From positions 1-54,915 of the IMG/VR virus record IMGVR_UViG_3300042557_000196: a stretch of 54,915 nucleotides of DNA. One strand, written 5' to 3'. A program made the position numbers and the translations under genes. The notes below the pieces were generated by a model. The model made no database searches. It saw only the letters and a program-made list of their open reading frames with translations, and was not told where the DNA came from. This document shows, in pieces, positions 27,865 through 36,706 of the stretch. Source of the stretch: a virus. Lineage: Duplodnaviria > Caudoviricetes. Within the stretch, counting starts at the first letter, position 1; each line of letters opens with the position of its first letter.

Positions 27865-29099
27865 TTCTTCAGTACATCGCCAAGGCCGGTACGACCTACG
27901 CAGGCGTTCCTATCGACTGTGAGTTCGACCAGAACCTGAGCGTTCTCGTCCTCTCGGCCAACGGGAATGTTGAGCTGATGAAGTGGTCGCACTTCGACGT
28001 TCTCTATCACTGGGTTCCATCCACCGGCATGGCGGCAGTCAGAGACAGCGTGGTTGATTCGCTGATCTCCAAGGGTGACTACCCCGGTCATCCGTTCCGG
28101 GGGAACCAGTGGACTGGAGGAATCCGTGGCGGGTTCTTCATGGCTCCTGATCGTGGCGCTGGTACTGGCGGCGGGATCGTGGGACGCGCAAAGGGCAAGG
28201 AGGTCACTACGTCGCTGGGCAAGGTCAGAAAGCTGCCCGATGCTGATTATGAGATCACCCGTGGCACGACGACCAAGGATGCGAAGGCTCAGTTGGCCAA
28301 CACGCGTGGCTCGTTCTCTCAGGCGATCAACCCTGCGACTGGGCACCGAATGTCGAACACAGAGCTTGGCGACACGATGGAAGCACTGCTCGTGGCAGAG
28401 CTACCCAAGAATGCTCAGGCCACCAAGGTGCTTGGCGGAAGCCTCACTTCACTTGTTGGCCCGTCTGGGCCGGACGGTGGAGCGAGCAGGCAGGGTGCCA
28501 TCGACTTGGTGACCTCTGGGCGTGGCAGCAAGCGTGGCAAGGCGCTGGAAGCCAAGACACTCTCAATGCAGGCTGCTGATCCGAAGGTGTCGATCAAGCC
28601 TGATGAGGTCAGGTCGAAGGCCAAGGCCGCAAGGGAGATGGAGAAGGACGGCGGCATTCTCGTGTCCTTGTTCGACAACGACACACAAGCAATCCGAGTG
28701 TTCCTCTACGACGGGAACCCTGACTTCCTGCCAACCACTCGTGAGGGACGCATCCAGATCAAGATGAACCAGTCAGGTTGGCAGAACCTCCCAGTTGGTA
28801 CGATGGTCCCGGTTGCAGAGGTAAAGGTCACGAAATCCAACTGGACGAAGGCTCAGAAGCAGGCCGGGTGGCATCGTGACAAGGACGGAAAGCTCCCGGC
28901 GTCGTCGGGCAGCGCAAAGGTTGTCAAGCAGGAGCCTGAGATGAGCGACGAGAACGACATTGAGGAAGGCGACATCGTGATCGGGCTTGCCGGTGACGGA
29001 ACTCCATACGTCGCTTGGGCTGGCGAGCCGACAGAGGACATGAAGGTGCTGGAAGCGGACTCGCTCAACCGGCTCTCTGAGATGGAGGACGAGGCGTGA
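27861..29099 (+). CDS. Head-module protein with KGDYPGHPFRGNQW motif and a possible PD-(D/E)XK nuclease domain
   Basis: ATGA overlap; GDTME..AIDLV..LEAKT pattern. Confidence 0.65.
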   Translation: MILQYIAKAGTTYAGVPIDCEFDQNLSVLVLSANGNVELMKWSHFDVLYHWVPSTGMAAVRDSVVDSLISKGDYPGHPFRGNQWTGGIRGGFFMAPDRGAGTGGGIVGRAKGKEVTTSLGKVRKLPDADYEITRGTTTKDAKAQLANTRGSFSQAINPATGHRMSNTELGDTMEALLVAELPKNAQATKVLGGSLTSLVGPSGPDGGASRQGAIDLVTSGRGSKRGKALEAKTLSMQAADPKVSIKPDEVRSKAKAAREMEKDGGILVSLFDNDTQAIRVFLYDGNPDFLPTTREGRIQIKMNQSGWQNLPVGTMVPVAEVKVTKSNWTKAQKQAGWHRDKDGKLPASSGSAKVVKQEPEMSDENDIEEGDIVIGLAGDGTPYVAWAGEPTEDMKVLEADSLNRLSEMEDEA

Positions 29100-29992
29100 G
29101 CCAGACAGTCCAGAACTTCTATGTCTCGTCCCCAGAAGAGGCCAGCACCATCGCTGACCTTGTGAAATCAGCATCGGCCCCGGCAGAGGGCAACACTGGC
29201 GTCATCGTGTCGAAGGACGACGACAAGCGGCTCGTGTTCGGCTGGGCCAACATTGCCAAGGACAGTGACGGGCGAGTCGTGGTTGACCGGCAGGGCGACT
29301 GGACCACGGTGGATGAGCTTGAGAAGGCCGCATACCACTACGTTCTCAATAGCCGTGACGGTGGCGAGCAGCACCTCCGCACTGGGGTGGCCACGGTTGT
29401 TGAGTCGATGGTGTTCACCAACGAGAAGCTCTCCAAGCTTGGAATCCCCGAGGGAGCCGTGCCCGAAGGCTGGTGGGTCGGATTCAAGATTCACGACGAG
29501 GAAGTCTGGAATGGCGTGAAGAAGGGCAACTACCCTGACTTCTCCATCCACGGTTCTGGCAAGCGGATGCCTCGCAAGGCCGTGGGCGACACAACGACGC
29601 CAGAGCTGGCAAAGGGCCAGCCGACTTCCACCGACGTTCACCAAGGAGGCAGCTCCATGCCCGGTTACCCGACCGCCGACCAAACCGACGAACTCGCCAA
29701 CAAGAAGCGCAAGAAGAAGCGCAAGAAGGTGATGACTGTCGCTGACGTTGAGGAGACAGTGGCCAAGCGTGAAGTTGGCATGGAAGAGCGGGAGAAGCTT
29801 GCTGGCAAGGGTAAGGCCCTGCCTGACGGCTCGTTCCCCATCGCCAACGTCAGGGACCTCATGAACGCCATTCGTGCGTTCGGTCGTGCCAAGGACAAGG
29901 CCGCTGCCAAGACTCACATCATGCGTCAGGCCAAGCGGCTTGACCGTGAGGATCTCATCCCTGAGGACTGGATGAGCGACGAGGAGGAGTGA
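29096..29992 (+). CDS. XkdF-like putative prohead serine protease with C-terminal extra domain
   Basis: RLVFGWA..D.QGD..LEKAAY..H..VVES..GWWVGFKI.D..W..VK.G..FSIHG. Confidence 0.85.
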   Translation: MSQTVQNFYVSSPEEASTIADLVKSASAPAEGNTGVIVSKDDDKRLVFGWANIAKDSDGRVVVDRQGDWTTVDELEKAAYHYVLNSRDGGEQHLRTGVATVVESMVFTNEKLSKLGIPEGAVPEGWWVGFKIHDEEVWNGVKKGNYPDFSIHGSGKRMPRKAVGDTTTPELAKGQPTSTDVHQGGSSMPGYPTADQTDELANKKRKKKRKKVMTVADVEETVAKREVGMEEREKLAGKGKALPDGSFPIANVRDLMNAIRAFGRAKDKAAAKTHIMRQAKRLDREDLIPEDWMSDEEE

Positions 29993-30435
29993 TGGCCACC
30001 CGTGGCCGGATCATCACCGTTGCTGATGTAGAGAAAGCTGCGGGCAACTACACCAACCCCAAGCTGCGAGAGCGCCTGAAGAACAAGATTCTCGCCGGGA
30101 GCAGAGGGGGCAAGCCGGGGCAGTGGTCCGCTCGCAAGGCCCAGCTTCTGGCTCAGGAGTACGAAGCCAAGGGCGGCGGCTATCGAGGCAAGAAGGGCAA
30201 GGCCCAGCGCAGCCTCAGTCGGTGGACCAAGGAGAAGTGGACCACCTCCAGTGGCAAGCCGTCGGAAGGTAAGCGGCGCTACCTTCCAGAACGTGCGTGG
30301 TCAGAGCTAACCGAAGCTCAGGTGAAGGCGACAAACTCTAAGAAGGCCGCTGGCAACAAACGTGGCAAGCAGTTCGTCCCCAACACAGAGGCTGCGGCTG
30401 AAGCTGGCAAGCGTGCCCGTGGCAAGAGGTCCTGA
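29992..30435 (+). CDS. Basic head-module protein (resembles DUF5872-type phage proteins)
   Basis: YTNPKLRERLK..GGKPGQWSARKAQLLAQEYEAKGGGY; family name recalled, not verified. Confidence 0.7.
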   Translation: MATRGRIITVADVEKAAGNYTNPKLRERLKNKILAGSRGGKPGQWSARKAQLLAQEYEAKGGGYRGKKGKAQRSLSRWTKEKWTTSSGKPSEGKRRYLPERAWSELTEAQVKATNSKKAAGNKRGKQFVPNTEAAAEAGKRARGKRS

Positions 30436-31946
30436 TGCCCGAGAAGAAGCCACTGAAGGACCCCAAGGGTGGCCTCACTGCGGCTGGACGCAAGGCGTTC
30501 GCTGCTCGTGACGGCGCGAACCTGAAACCGGGGGTCAAGAACTACGAGAAGGCTTCCACCGCTGACAAGAAGAGGTGGATTAGCTGGGCGCTGCGGTTCT
30601 ACGGCCAGAAGGACTACCCACCTCTGGTCAAGCCCAACGGCGAGCCGACTCGCTTCGCCCTCACCGCTGCGGCGTGGGGCGAGCCAGTGCCCAAGACAGA
30701 GAAGGCCGCACGGGCCATCGCTGCCAAGGCCCGCCGCCGCCAAGCAGAGATCGACCGCATGGAGAAGTCGTCCTCTACGCCCAAGCGCCCAATCACGGTT
30801 GCTGATGTTGAGGAATCAGTCGCTAAGGGCGACTACCCCGGACACCCGTTTCGAGGCAACCAGTGGACGGGCGGAGTCCGTGGCGGCATGAGGACTGTTG
30901 TCGGCCCTGACAACGTGGAAATGCAGCTCGCTAACCCGATTGGGTCGCTCGCTGCTGAACATGGAGTCAGTAAGGACTGGCACAAGGTCACTGCCGTCAC
31001 TCCCTCTAAGCGTGCGGCTATTGCTAAGGCATACGACGACATGCCCGAGAGAAGCCGTGATCCGAAGGTGATCGCTTCGTGGGACTCTGCTGCTCGTCAG
31101 ATTGACAGCCAGTTTGAGAAGCTCACTGGAGAACTTGGGATCAGGGTTCAGTTTGTAACGAGAGATCCATACAGGGACTTTCACAACATGCGAGAAGAGG
31201 TTGAAAGAACCGGGACGCTCAAGGTTCTGCGAACCTCGTCAACAGGTGGGCACCCATACTGGTCGGACGAAACTAACGACAGGTTTAGAGCAGTTCACGA
31301 TGCGTTCGGCCACCTTGGCACTGGTAGAGGTTTCGACCGTCACGGCGAAGAAGCTGCTTACCAAGCTCACAGGTCAATGTTCAGTAGAGATGCTCACCTA
31401 GCTCTAGCCACGGAGCTTCGTGGTCAGAACAATGCTCTTATTCAGACTGGCGAGTTTCAGGTTCAGAAGATTGGTGCCCTGCCAGAAACACTCCGCAAGT
31501 TCTTTGCCATTGCAAAGAGTAATGGGCGCATCACTTCTGATGACGATAACGCCTATGAGGTTGGACGAAGCCACCATGTAAGTGGTGGGCGACACTTCGC
31601 TAACACCTCTACGCCGAAGCGCCCAGTCCCCGTCGCGGACGTGGAGGAGTCAGTCACCAAGGCAATGACGCCCATGCAGCGGGAGCAGCGACGCAACGCT
31701 GGCCGGTCGTCGGCAGCACGCCGCACCAAGGGAGTCGGCGGCAACGGGTCCAAGAAGAAGTCAGGCCCGCCTCAGGCTACAAAGAAGCGGCGTGGTGATC
31801 GTAAGGTTGTCGTGAGTGAGCAGAAGGCCAAGCGCCTGATGGACACTGCACGAAAGCGCGGCCTCAAGATTGACAGTCGTGGGGCAGAAGGAAGAGCCGA
31901 CATTGTTCTCCCAAGCGGGAGGCGCATCAAGGTCATGGTCAAGTAG
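30435..31946 (+). CDS. Multi-module head-associated protein
   Basis: Three segments separated by STPKRP..ADVEESV.K repeats; the central segment has an FRAVHD..GH..GEE..RGQN motif. Confidence 0.75.
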   Translation: MPEKKPLKDPKGGLTAAGRKAFAARDGANLKPGVKNYEKASTADKKRWISWALRFYGQKDYPPLVKPNGEPTRFALTAAAWGEPVPKTEKAARAIAAKARRRQAEIDRMEKSSSTPKRPITVADVEESVAKGDYPGHPFRGNQWTGGVRGGMRTVVGPDNVEMQLANPIGSLAAEHGVSKDWHKVTAVTPSKRAAIAKAYDDMPERSRDPKVIASWDSAARQIDSQFEKLTGELGIRVQFVTRDPYRDFHNMREEVERTGTLKVLRTSSTGGHPYWSDETNDRFRAVHDAFGHLGTGRGFDRHGEEAAYQAHRSMFSRDAHLALATELRGQNNALIQTGEFQVQKIGALPETLRKFFAIAKSNGRITSDDDNAYEVGRSHHVSGGRHFANTSTPKRPVPVADVEESVTKAMTPMQREQRRNAGRSSAARRTKGVGGNGSKKKSGPPQATKKRRGDRKVVVSEQKAKRLMDTARKRGLKIDSRGAEGRADIVLPSGRRIKVMVK

Positions 31947-31955
31947 GGAGACACC

Positions 31956-32315
31956 GTGCCAGAAGAATCAGAACTCACGGACATGGAGCTTGACGAGATC
32001 AGTCTTGTCACTCGTGGTGCTAATCAGCACGCCAAGGTCGTTCTCTACAAGGGCGACAAGCAGGGCGGCTGCTCTACCAACCACATGCGGATGAAGAGCG
32101 GGAACGAGTGCAAGGAGTGTGGTTACGTCAAGAAGAACATGGGCGGCGGTGAATGCCCCAATGGTGGCGCTATGGCCGACTGCCCCTACGGGAGCAAGGC
32201 CAAGAAGGGCGAGGCGTGTTCCAAGTGCGGGGCTATCCGCAAGGGCGTCGCTGTCTCCATCAAGCCCGTTGCCACGGTCAAGTCTGTCGAAGAGGCAGTC
32301 GCCAAGGGCTACTGA
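31956..32315 (+). CDS. Cys-rich head protein with scaffold/protease-type N-terminus
   Basis: LTDMELDEISLVTRGANQHAKVVLYK N-terminus; several CxxC; ends VEEAVAKGY. Confidence 0.7.
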   Translation: MPEESELTDMELDEISLVTRGANQHAKVVLYKGDKQGGCSTNHMRMKSGNECKECGYVKKNMGGGECPNGGAMADCPYGSKAKKGEACSKCGAIRKGVAVSIKPVATVKSVEEAVAKGY

Positions 32316-32518
32316 TGGCTTGGACACCGCAGAACGGCAACACCTCTATCCGTTACAAGTCTGCTAGCGGAGTCGTGTCTCCAGCAGTCATCGTGTCTGT
32401 CACGAACCCGACGACAGTGACTCTCCGCATTGGTAGGCCGGGTACCAACATCACCAGTGTCTCCAAGATTGCGAGCCGCACTGCCGCTGGCCCCGGTTGG
32501 TACCACGCTGGCCGGTAA
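32315..32518 (+). CDS. Small beta-rich protein
   Basis: TGATG coupling; reads MAWTPQNG... Confidence 0.6.
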   Translation: MAWTPQNGNTSIRYKSASGVVSPAVIVSVTNPTTVTLRIGRPGTNITSVSKIASRTAAGPGWYHAGR

Positions 32519-32533
32519 GCCATGCTCTAGGCC

Positions 32534-32767
32534 ATGCCCTCCAAGGAGAAGTCCCTAGAGGACTTTGCATCCGAGCTGAGTGCCAAGCGCGTTCTCGGGT
32601 ACGCAGACACCTTGCCAAAGGACGTGCAGGACCAAATCCTCGCAAGCAAGGCGAGCGCAAGGGTTGTGGTGAAGTGGCTTCACTCCCTCGGTTATGAGGA
32701 TGCGACCTACTCAAAGATCGACCACTGGCGAAGGCAGGAGCGAAATGCCCGACAAGGAGAGCCTTGA
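32534..32767 (+). CDS. Small hypothetical protein upstream of the phosphoesterase
   Basis: Closely packed ORF. Confidence 0.6.
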   Translation: MPSKEKSLEDFASELSAKRVLGYADTLPKDVQDQILASKASARVVVKWLHSLGYEDATYSKIDHWRRQERNARQGEP

Positions 32768-33770
32768 CGGGTTTGAGGAATCCGTCGCTCATCATTCGAT
32801 TCGTAGGCAGAACGACCGGCTCAAGGCAGAACTGAAGCAGCGCGACGATCAGCTCGCGCAAGCTCTTGGTCGCATCTCTGTCCTAGAAGGAATCGACAAC
32901 CTCAACCCCAAGCCGCCCAAGTGGGCGCTTCCTAAGAAGAGGAAGCCAAACGCTGCGGTGGTATGCGCCATCCTGTCCGACACTCACTGGGACGAAATCG
33001 TGCGCCAAGAGGACGTGGCGGGGGTCAACGCCTACGACCGCACGATTGCTACCAAGCGACTCAAGGAGTGGGCGACCAAACTGGCCGCAGTGCCTACCGA
33101 CGGTCCTTCTGCTGATTACGAGGGGCTTGTCCTGATGCTCGGCGGCGACCTCACTTGCGGGTTGATCGACACGCTGCACTTGGTGGAGAGCAGCGACACG
33201 CTAATGGGGTCGCTTCTCTACTGGACTGAGCAAGCGGCAGCAGCGATCAGCTTGCTGGCCGACTCGTATGGCCACGTCCACGTTCCTGTCGTAGTCGGCA
33301 ACCACGGGAGAATGACTGCGAAGAAGCGCACCCACCTGAAGGCAAGGGACAACTCTGACTGGCACCTAGCCCACCTGATCCGTCGTCAGCTCTCTCACGA
33401 CGACCGGGTGACGTGGCAGATTGACGAAGCCAGCGACGCAGAGTTCGACGTGCTTGGCCATCGGATGCTGCTTACCCACGGTGATTCCGTAAAGGGAGGC
33501 GGCGGGATCGGCGGCGTATTCCCTCCGATCATGCGAATGGTCGCCAGAAAGCAGCAGCGCCAAGCCTCACTGGACAGGCCGTTCTCACACCTCTGGCTAG
33601 GCCACTTCCACCAAGCGATCTATGGGCCGGGGTGGACGTGCAACGGCAGCCTCAAGGGCTACGACGGGTACGCAGCAGAGTTCTCTTTCCCCGCTGATCC
33701 ACCATGTCAGGTTGTGTCTCTCGTGTCGAAAGAAGGCATTGAGTGGCGGACTGCGATTAGAGTGAAGTAG
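32745..33770 (+). CDS. Calcineurin-like metallophosphoesterase
   Basis: SDTH, GGD, GNHG, HGD and GHFH motifs; ATG 32745 after AGGAG. Confidence 0.88.
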   Translation: MPDKESLDGFEESVAHHSIRRQNDRLKAELKQRDDQLAQALGRISVLEGIDNLNPKPPKWALPKKRKPNAAVVCAILSDTHWDEIVRQEDVAGVNAYDRTIATKRLKEWATKLAAVPTDGPSADYEGLVLMLGGDLTCGLIDTLHLVESSDTLMGSLLYWTEQAAAAISLLADSYGHVHVPVVVGNHGRMTAKKRTHLKARDNSDWHLAHLIRRQLSHDDRVTWQIDEASDAEFDVLGHRMLLTHGDSVKGGGGIGGVFPPIMRMVARKQQRQASLDRPFSHLWLGHFHQAIYGPGWTCNGSLKGYDGYAAEFSFPADPPCQVVSLVSKEGIEWRTAIRVK

Positions 33771-33837
33771 CGGCGGGCTAACACCTTGCCTCTACGCCGC
33801 TTGTACGCTGGCCAACATCCGTTCATGGAGGACTGAG

Positions 33838-34470
33838 ATGCCCGAGATGACTGACGATGTTGTGGAGCTTCCCGAAGAGGTTTCCACCTACATCGACGAA
33901 CTTGAGAAGGCGAACCGAGAGCTGTCGGATCGTCTGACCGAGGAGCTGGTCAAGAGCGCCGACGCTGCTGCTGACGAGCTTGACGAGGACGACGATCTGG
34001 ACGACGAGATGGAGTCGGCTCTGGAGAAGGCCGATCCTGCCGTCAAGGCTCTGATTGAGAAGCAGCAGGCGATTCTGGATCAGGTGACTGGTCGGATGGC
34101 CGCTGCCGAGGAGATCGCCAAGGCGGAGCGCGACGCTCGCCTCACTCGCGAGTTCATCTCCAAGGCTGCTGACTACGAGGCTCTCCCCGGCGTCACCGCC
34201 GACGGGTTCGGGCTCTTCCTGAAGTCGGCCAGCGAGAAGCTGGACGAGCAGGAGTTCGGCGTGCTGACGCAGGTTCTGGACGGAGCTTCGGAGCTTGCCA
34301 AGTCCAGCGTCGCCTTCACTGAGGTCGGTGCGACCGGGGCCGGTGCGCCTAGCTCGGACATTGAAAAGGCTGCGGCCAAGCTGATGGCCGAGAACCCCTC
34401 TCTCAACAAGTTTGAGGCAATCGCCAAGGCGGTTGACCTTGATCCGACGCTCTGGCAGAAGGAGGCCTGA
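33838..34470 (+). CDS. Capsid scaffolding protein
   Basis: Acidic coiled-coil protein upstream of the capsid genes; many x-[AES]-K-[AS] motifs. Confidence 0.7.
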   Translation: MPEMTDDVVELPEEVSTYIDELEKANRELSDRLTEELVKSADAAADELDEDDDLDDEMESALEKADPAVKALIEKQQAILDQVTGRMAAAEEIAKAERDARLTREFISKAADYEALPGVTADGFGLFLKSASEKLDEQEFGVLTQVLDGASELAKSSVAFTEVGATGAGAPSSDIEKAAAKLMAENPSLNKFEAIAKAVDLDPTLWQKEA

Positions 34471-34473
34471 GTC

Positions 34474-34878
34474 ATGGCTTACGAAGGGCAGCAGCCTCTC
34501 AAGCTCGGGGAGTTCACGGCGGCAGCCGACCTCTCGGGCAAGCAGTACTACTTCGTGAAGCTCGCATCGGCCACCACGGTCGATGTTTGCTCCGCAGTGA
34601 CGGACATTCCGATTGGAGTGCTCCAGAACAAGCCCACGTCGGGTCAGGCGGCAGAGGTCGTGACCATCGGTCAGACCAAGATCAGTGCCGACGCCAATCT
34701 CGGGCAGGGCGACCTGATCGCCACGTCGTCCGACGGTCAGGCTCAGACCTTCACCGCTGGTACTGACACCACGGCCTACTGCGTTGGCCGAGTCATCACC
34801 GATCCGGCTGCGGCTGGAGAAATCCACACGGCCATCGTCAACTGCGTCAACCCGTTCCGCGGGATCGCTGGCATCTGA
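34474..34878 (+). CDS. Capsid decoration/cement protein (DUF2190-like)
   Basis: AAADLS..QYYFVK..IGVLQNKP..G pattern; position before the major capsid gene. Confidence 0.75.
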   Translation: MAYEGQQPLKLGEFTAAADLSGKQYYFVKLASATTVDVCSAVTDIPIGVLQNKPTSGQAAEVVTIGQTKISADANLGQGDLIATSSDGQAQTFTAGTDTTAYCVGRVITDPAAAGEIHTAIVNCVNPFRGIAGI

Positions 34879-34893
34879 CAAGGAGTCTGAACC

Positions 34894-35844
34894 ATGCCCC
34901 AGCCCACTGCCTCCGACGTGCATGTTGATGCGATCCTGACCTCCATCTCGGTCGCATACATGCAGGCTGCGACTGACTTCATTGCGAGTCAGGTGTTCCC
35001 GGTCATCCCGGTGGACAAGCAGAGCGACAAGTACTTCACCTTCACCAAGGGTGACTGGTTCCGTGACGAGGCCGCAGTGCGCGCCCCGAACTCGGAGTCG
35101 GTCGGTTCTGGCTTCAACATCAGCACCGACAACTACTCGGCGCTGACGTATGCCATCCACAAGGACATTGACGACCAGACTCTGGCGAATGCGGACATTC
35201 CGCTGAACCCCCGCCGTGAGGCTGCCCAGTTCGTCACCCAGCGGATGCTGCTCCGTCGTGAAATCCAGTTCGCGACCGACTTCTTCACCACCTCGGTGTG
35301 GGGAACCGACGTCACCCCGTCGAACCTCTGGTCGGACTACGCAGCGTCTGATCCCATCGACAACATCGAGACTGGCAAGCAGACCATCCTCACCAACACG
35401 GGCTTCATGCCCAACACGCTGGTGCTCGGGTATCAGGTGTTCCGCCAGCTCAAGCACCACCCCGACATCATCGACCGCTTCAAGTACACCTCCTCCAACA
35501 ACGTGACGGCTGACATTCTCGCCCGTCTGTTCGAGGTGGACCGGGTGCTTGTGACCCGTGCGATCAAGAACACTGCGGTTGAGGGCGCTTCCAACAGCTT
35601 CAGCTTCGTCCACGGCAAGCACGCCCTCCTGTGCTACGTCCCGGCTTCCCCGAGCCTGATGACCCCGGCTGCTGGCTACACCTTCGCTTGGCGGGGTGTC
35701 TCCGACGGCATGGGTGCCACCATCGGTACCTCGTCCTTCCCGATGCGCCAGCTGCGCTCGGAGCGGATTGAGTCGCAGATGGCTTGGGACAACAAGGTTG
35801 TCTCCTCCGACCTCGGGTACTTCTTCAACGGCGCCGTTGCCTGA
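34894..35844 (+). CDS. Major capsid protein (lambda gpE-like)
   Basis: VDAILTSISVAY..FIA..VFP.IPVDKQSDKY; W.DY..SDPI; strongest codon bias in the window. Confidence 0.9.
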   Translation: MPQPTASDVHVDAILTSISVAYMQAATDFIASQVFPVIPVDKQSDKYFTFTKGDWFRDEAAVRAPNSESVGSGFNISTDNYSALTYAIHKDIDDQTLANADIPLNPRREAAQFVTQRMLLRREIQFATDFFTTSVWGTDVTPSNLWSDYAASDPIDNIETGKQTILTNTGFMPNTLVLGYQVFRQLKHHPDIIDRFKYTSSNNVTADILARLFEVDRVLVTRAIKNTAVEGASNSFSFVHGKHALLCYVPASPSLMTPAAGYTFAWRGVSDGMGATIGTSSFPMRQLRSERIESQMAWDNKVVSSDLGYFFNGAVA

Positions 35845-35856
35845 TCTGACTAGGGA

Positions 35857-36321
35857 GTGACCATGCCAGTGTCCGACCCCCTTGCTCTTCCCATCGACAC
35901 TTCACCGCTCATCATCGTCACTCGTGACTTCAACGGTGGCGGGGTGCAGCGTTTCCGTGGGGAGATCGTTGACACGACCGGGTGGCTCTTCACGCACACC
36001 CTCATCAACCGGCGTTATGCCAGCATCGTGCCCTACGGGTACGACATGGACGCCTCTGTGGTCGTGAAGATTGACGGTGAGGACCGCAGGTTCACGCACA
36101 AGGACTACGCAGACCACGCAGTTGCCACCAGTGCTGATCTGCCGCCCTCCAGCGAGCCGGAGCCTGTAACACCTGCCTCTACGCCTGCCGAGCCGCAGGA
36201 AGCCGCTGAGGAGGAGCAGGAGCAGCCTGCTGCTACCACGGACGACGAGATCAAGGCGGAGCAGCCCAAGCAGGCTCCCCGCCAGACCACCCGCAAGCGC
36301 ACTCAGGGAGCGAAGGCATGA
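35857..36321 (+). CDS. Hypothetical protein after the capsid gene
   Basis: GGAG ribosome-binding site; low-complexity C-terminus. Confidence 0.7.
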   Translation: MTMPVSDPLALPIDTSPLIIVTRDFNGGGVQRFRGEIVDTTGWLFTHTLINRRYASIVPYGYDMDASVVVKIDGEDRRFTHKDYADHAVATSADLPPSSEPEPVTPASTPAEPQEAAEEEQEQPAATTDDEIKAEQPKQAPRQTTRKRTQGAKA

Positions 36322-36671
36322 GCTACAACCGTCTGACCAAGGGCACGGCAATCGTTGGTGATCTCATCATCGACGGTGGCGGTGCAGTCACCTCGTCGCC
36401 CATCAAGGCAGTTCAGGCTGGAACGGCCTCTCTTGATCCGGGTTCCATCTCCACGGTTTCCCGTGGCTCGGTGACCTTCACGCTGACGGGTGCTGCCTCG
36501 GGCGATGCCATCGTGATGATGCCGCCGTCGGCACTGAACGATGACCTCATCTTCTGCGGTGCCGATGTCACTTCTGCCAACACGGTGACGGTGTACCTCT
36601 ACAACCCCACTGCTGGCTCGATTGACGACACGGCTCGCACTTGGAAGTACGTCTGGCTGGACCTGACCTGA
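36318..36671 (+). CDS. Putative virion structural protein
   Basis: ATGA overlap; Thr/Ser/Gly beta-rich composition. Confidence 0.65.
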   Translation: MSYNRLTKGTAIVGDLIIDGGGAVTSSPIKAVQAGTASLDPGSISTVSRGSVTFTLTGAASGDAIVMMPPSALNDDLIFCGADVTSANTVTVYLYNPTAGSIDDTARTWKYVWLDLT

Positions 36672-36706
36672 GGTAGCTGCGGCTACGGAAGGCTTCGGCA
36701 CTCTCC

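Noticed and set aside
33823-35622. 599-aa minus-strand ORF and similar long antisense ORFs (10253-11404, 25889-26857, 42862-43986, 44946-45890)
   Set aside because: They shadow well-supported + strand genes; antisense open frames are expected with this codon bias and show no recognisable motifs
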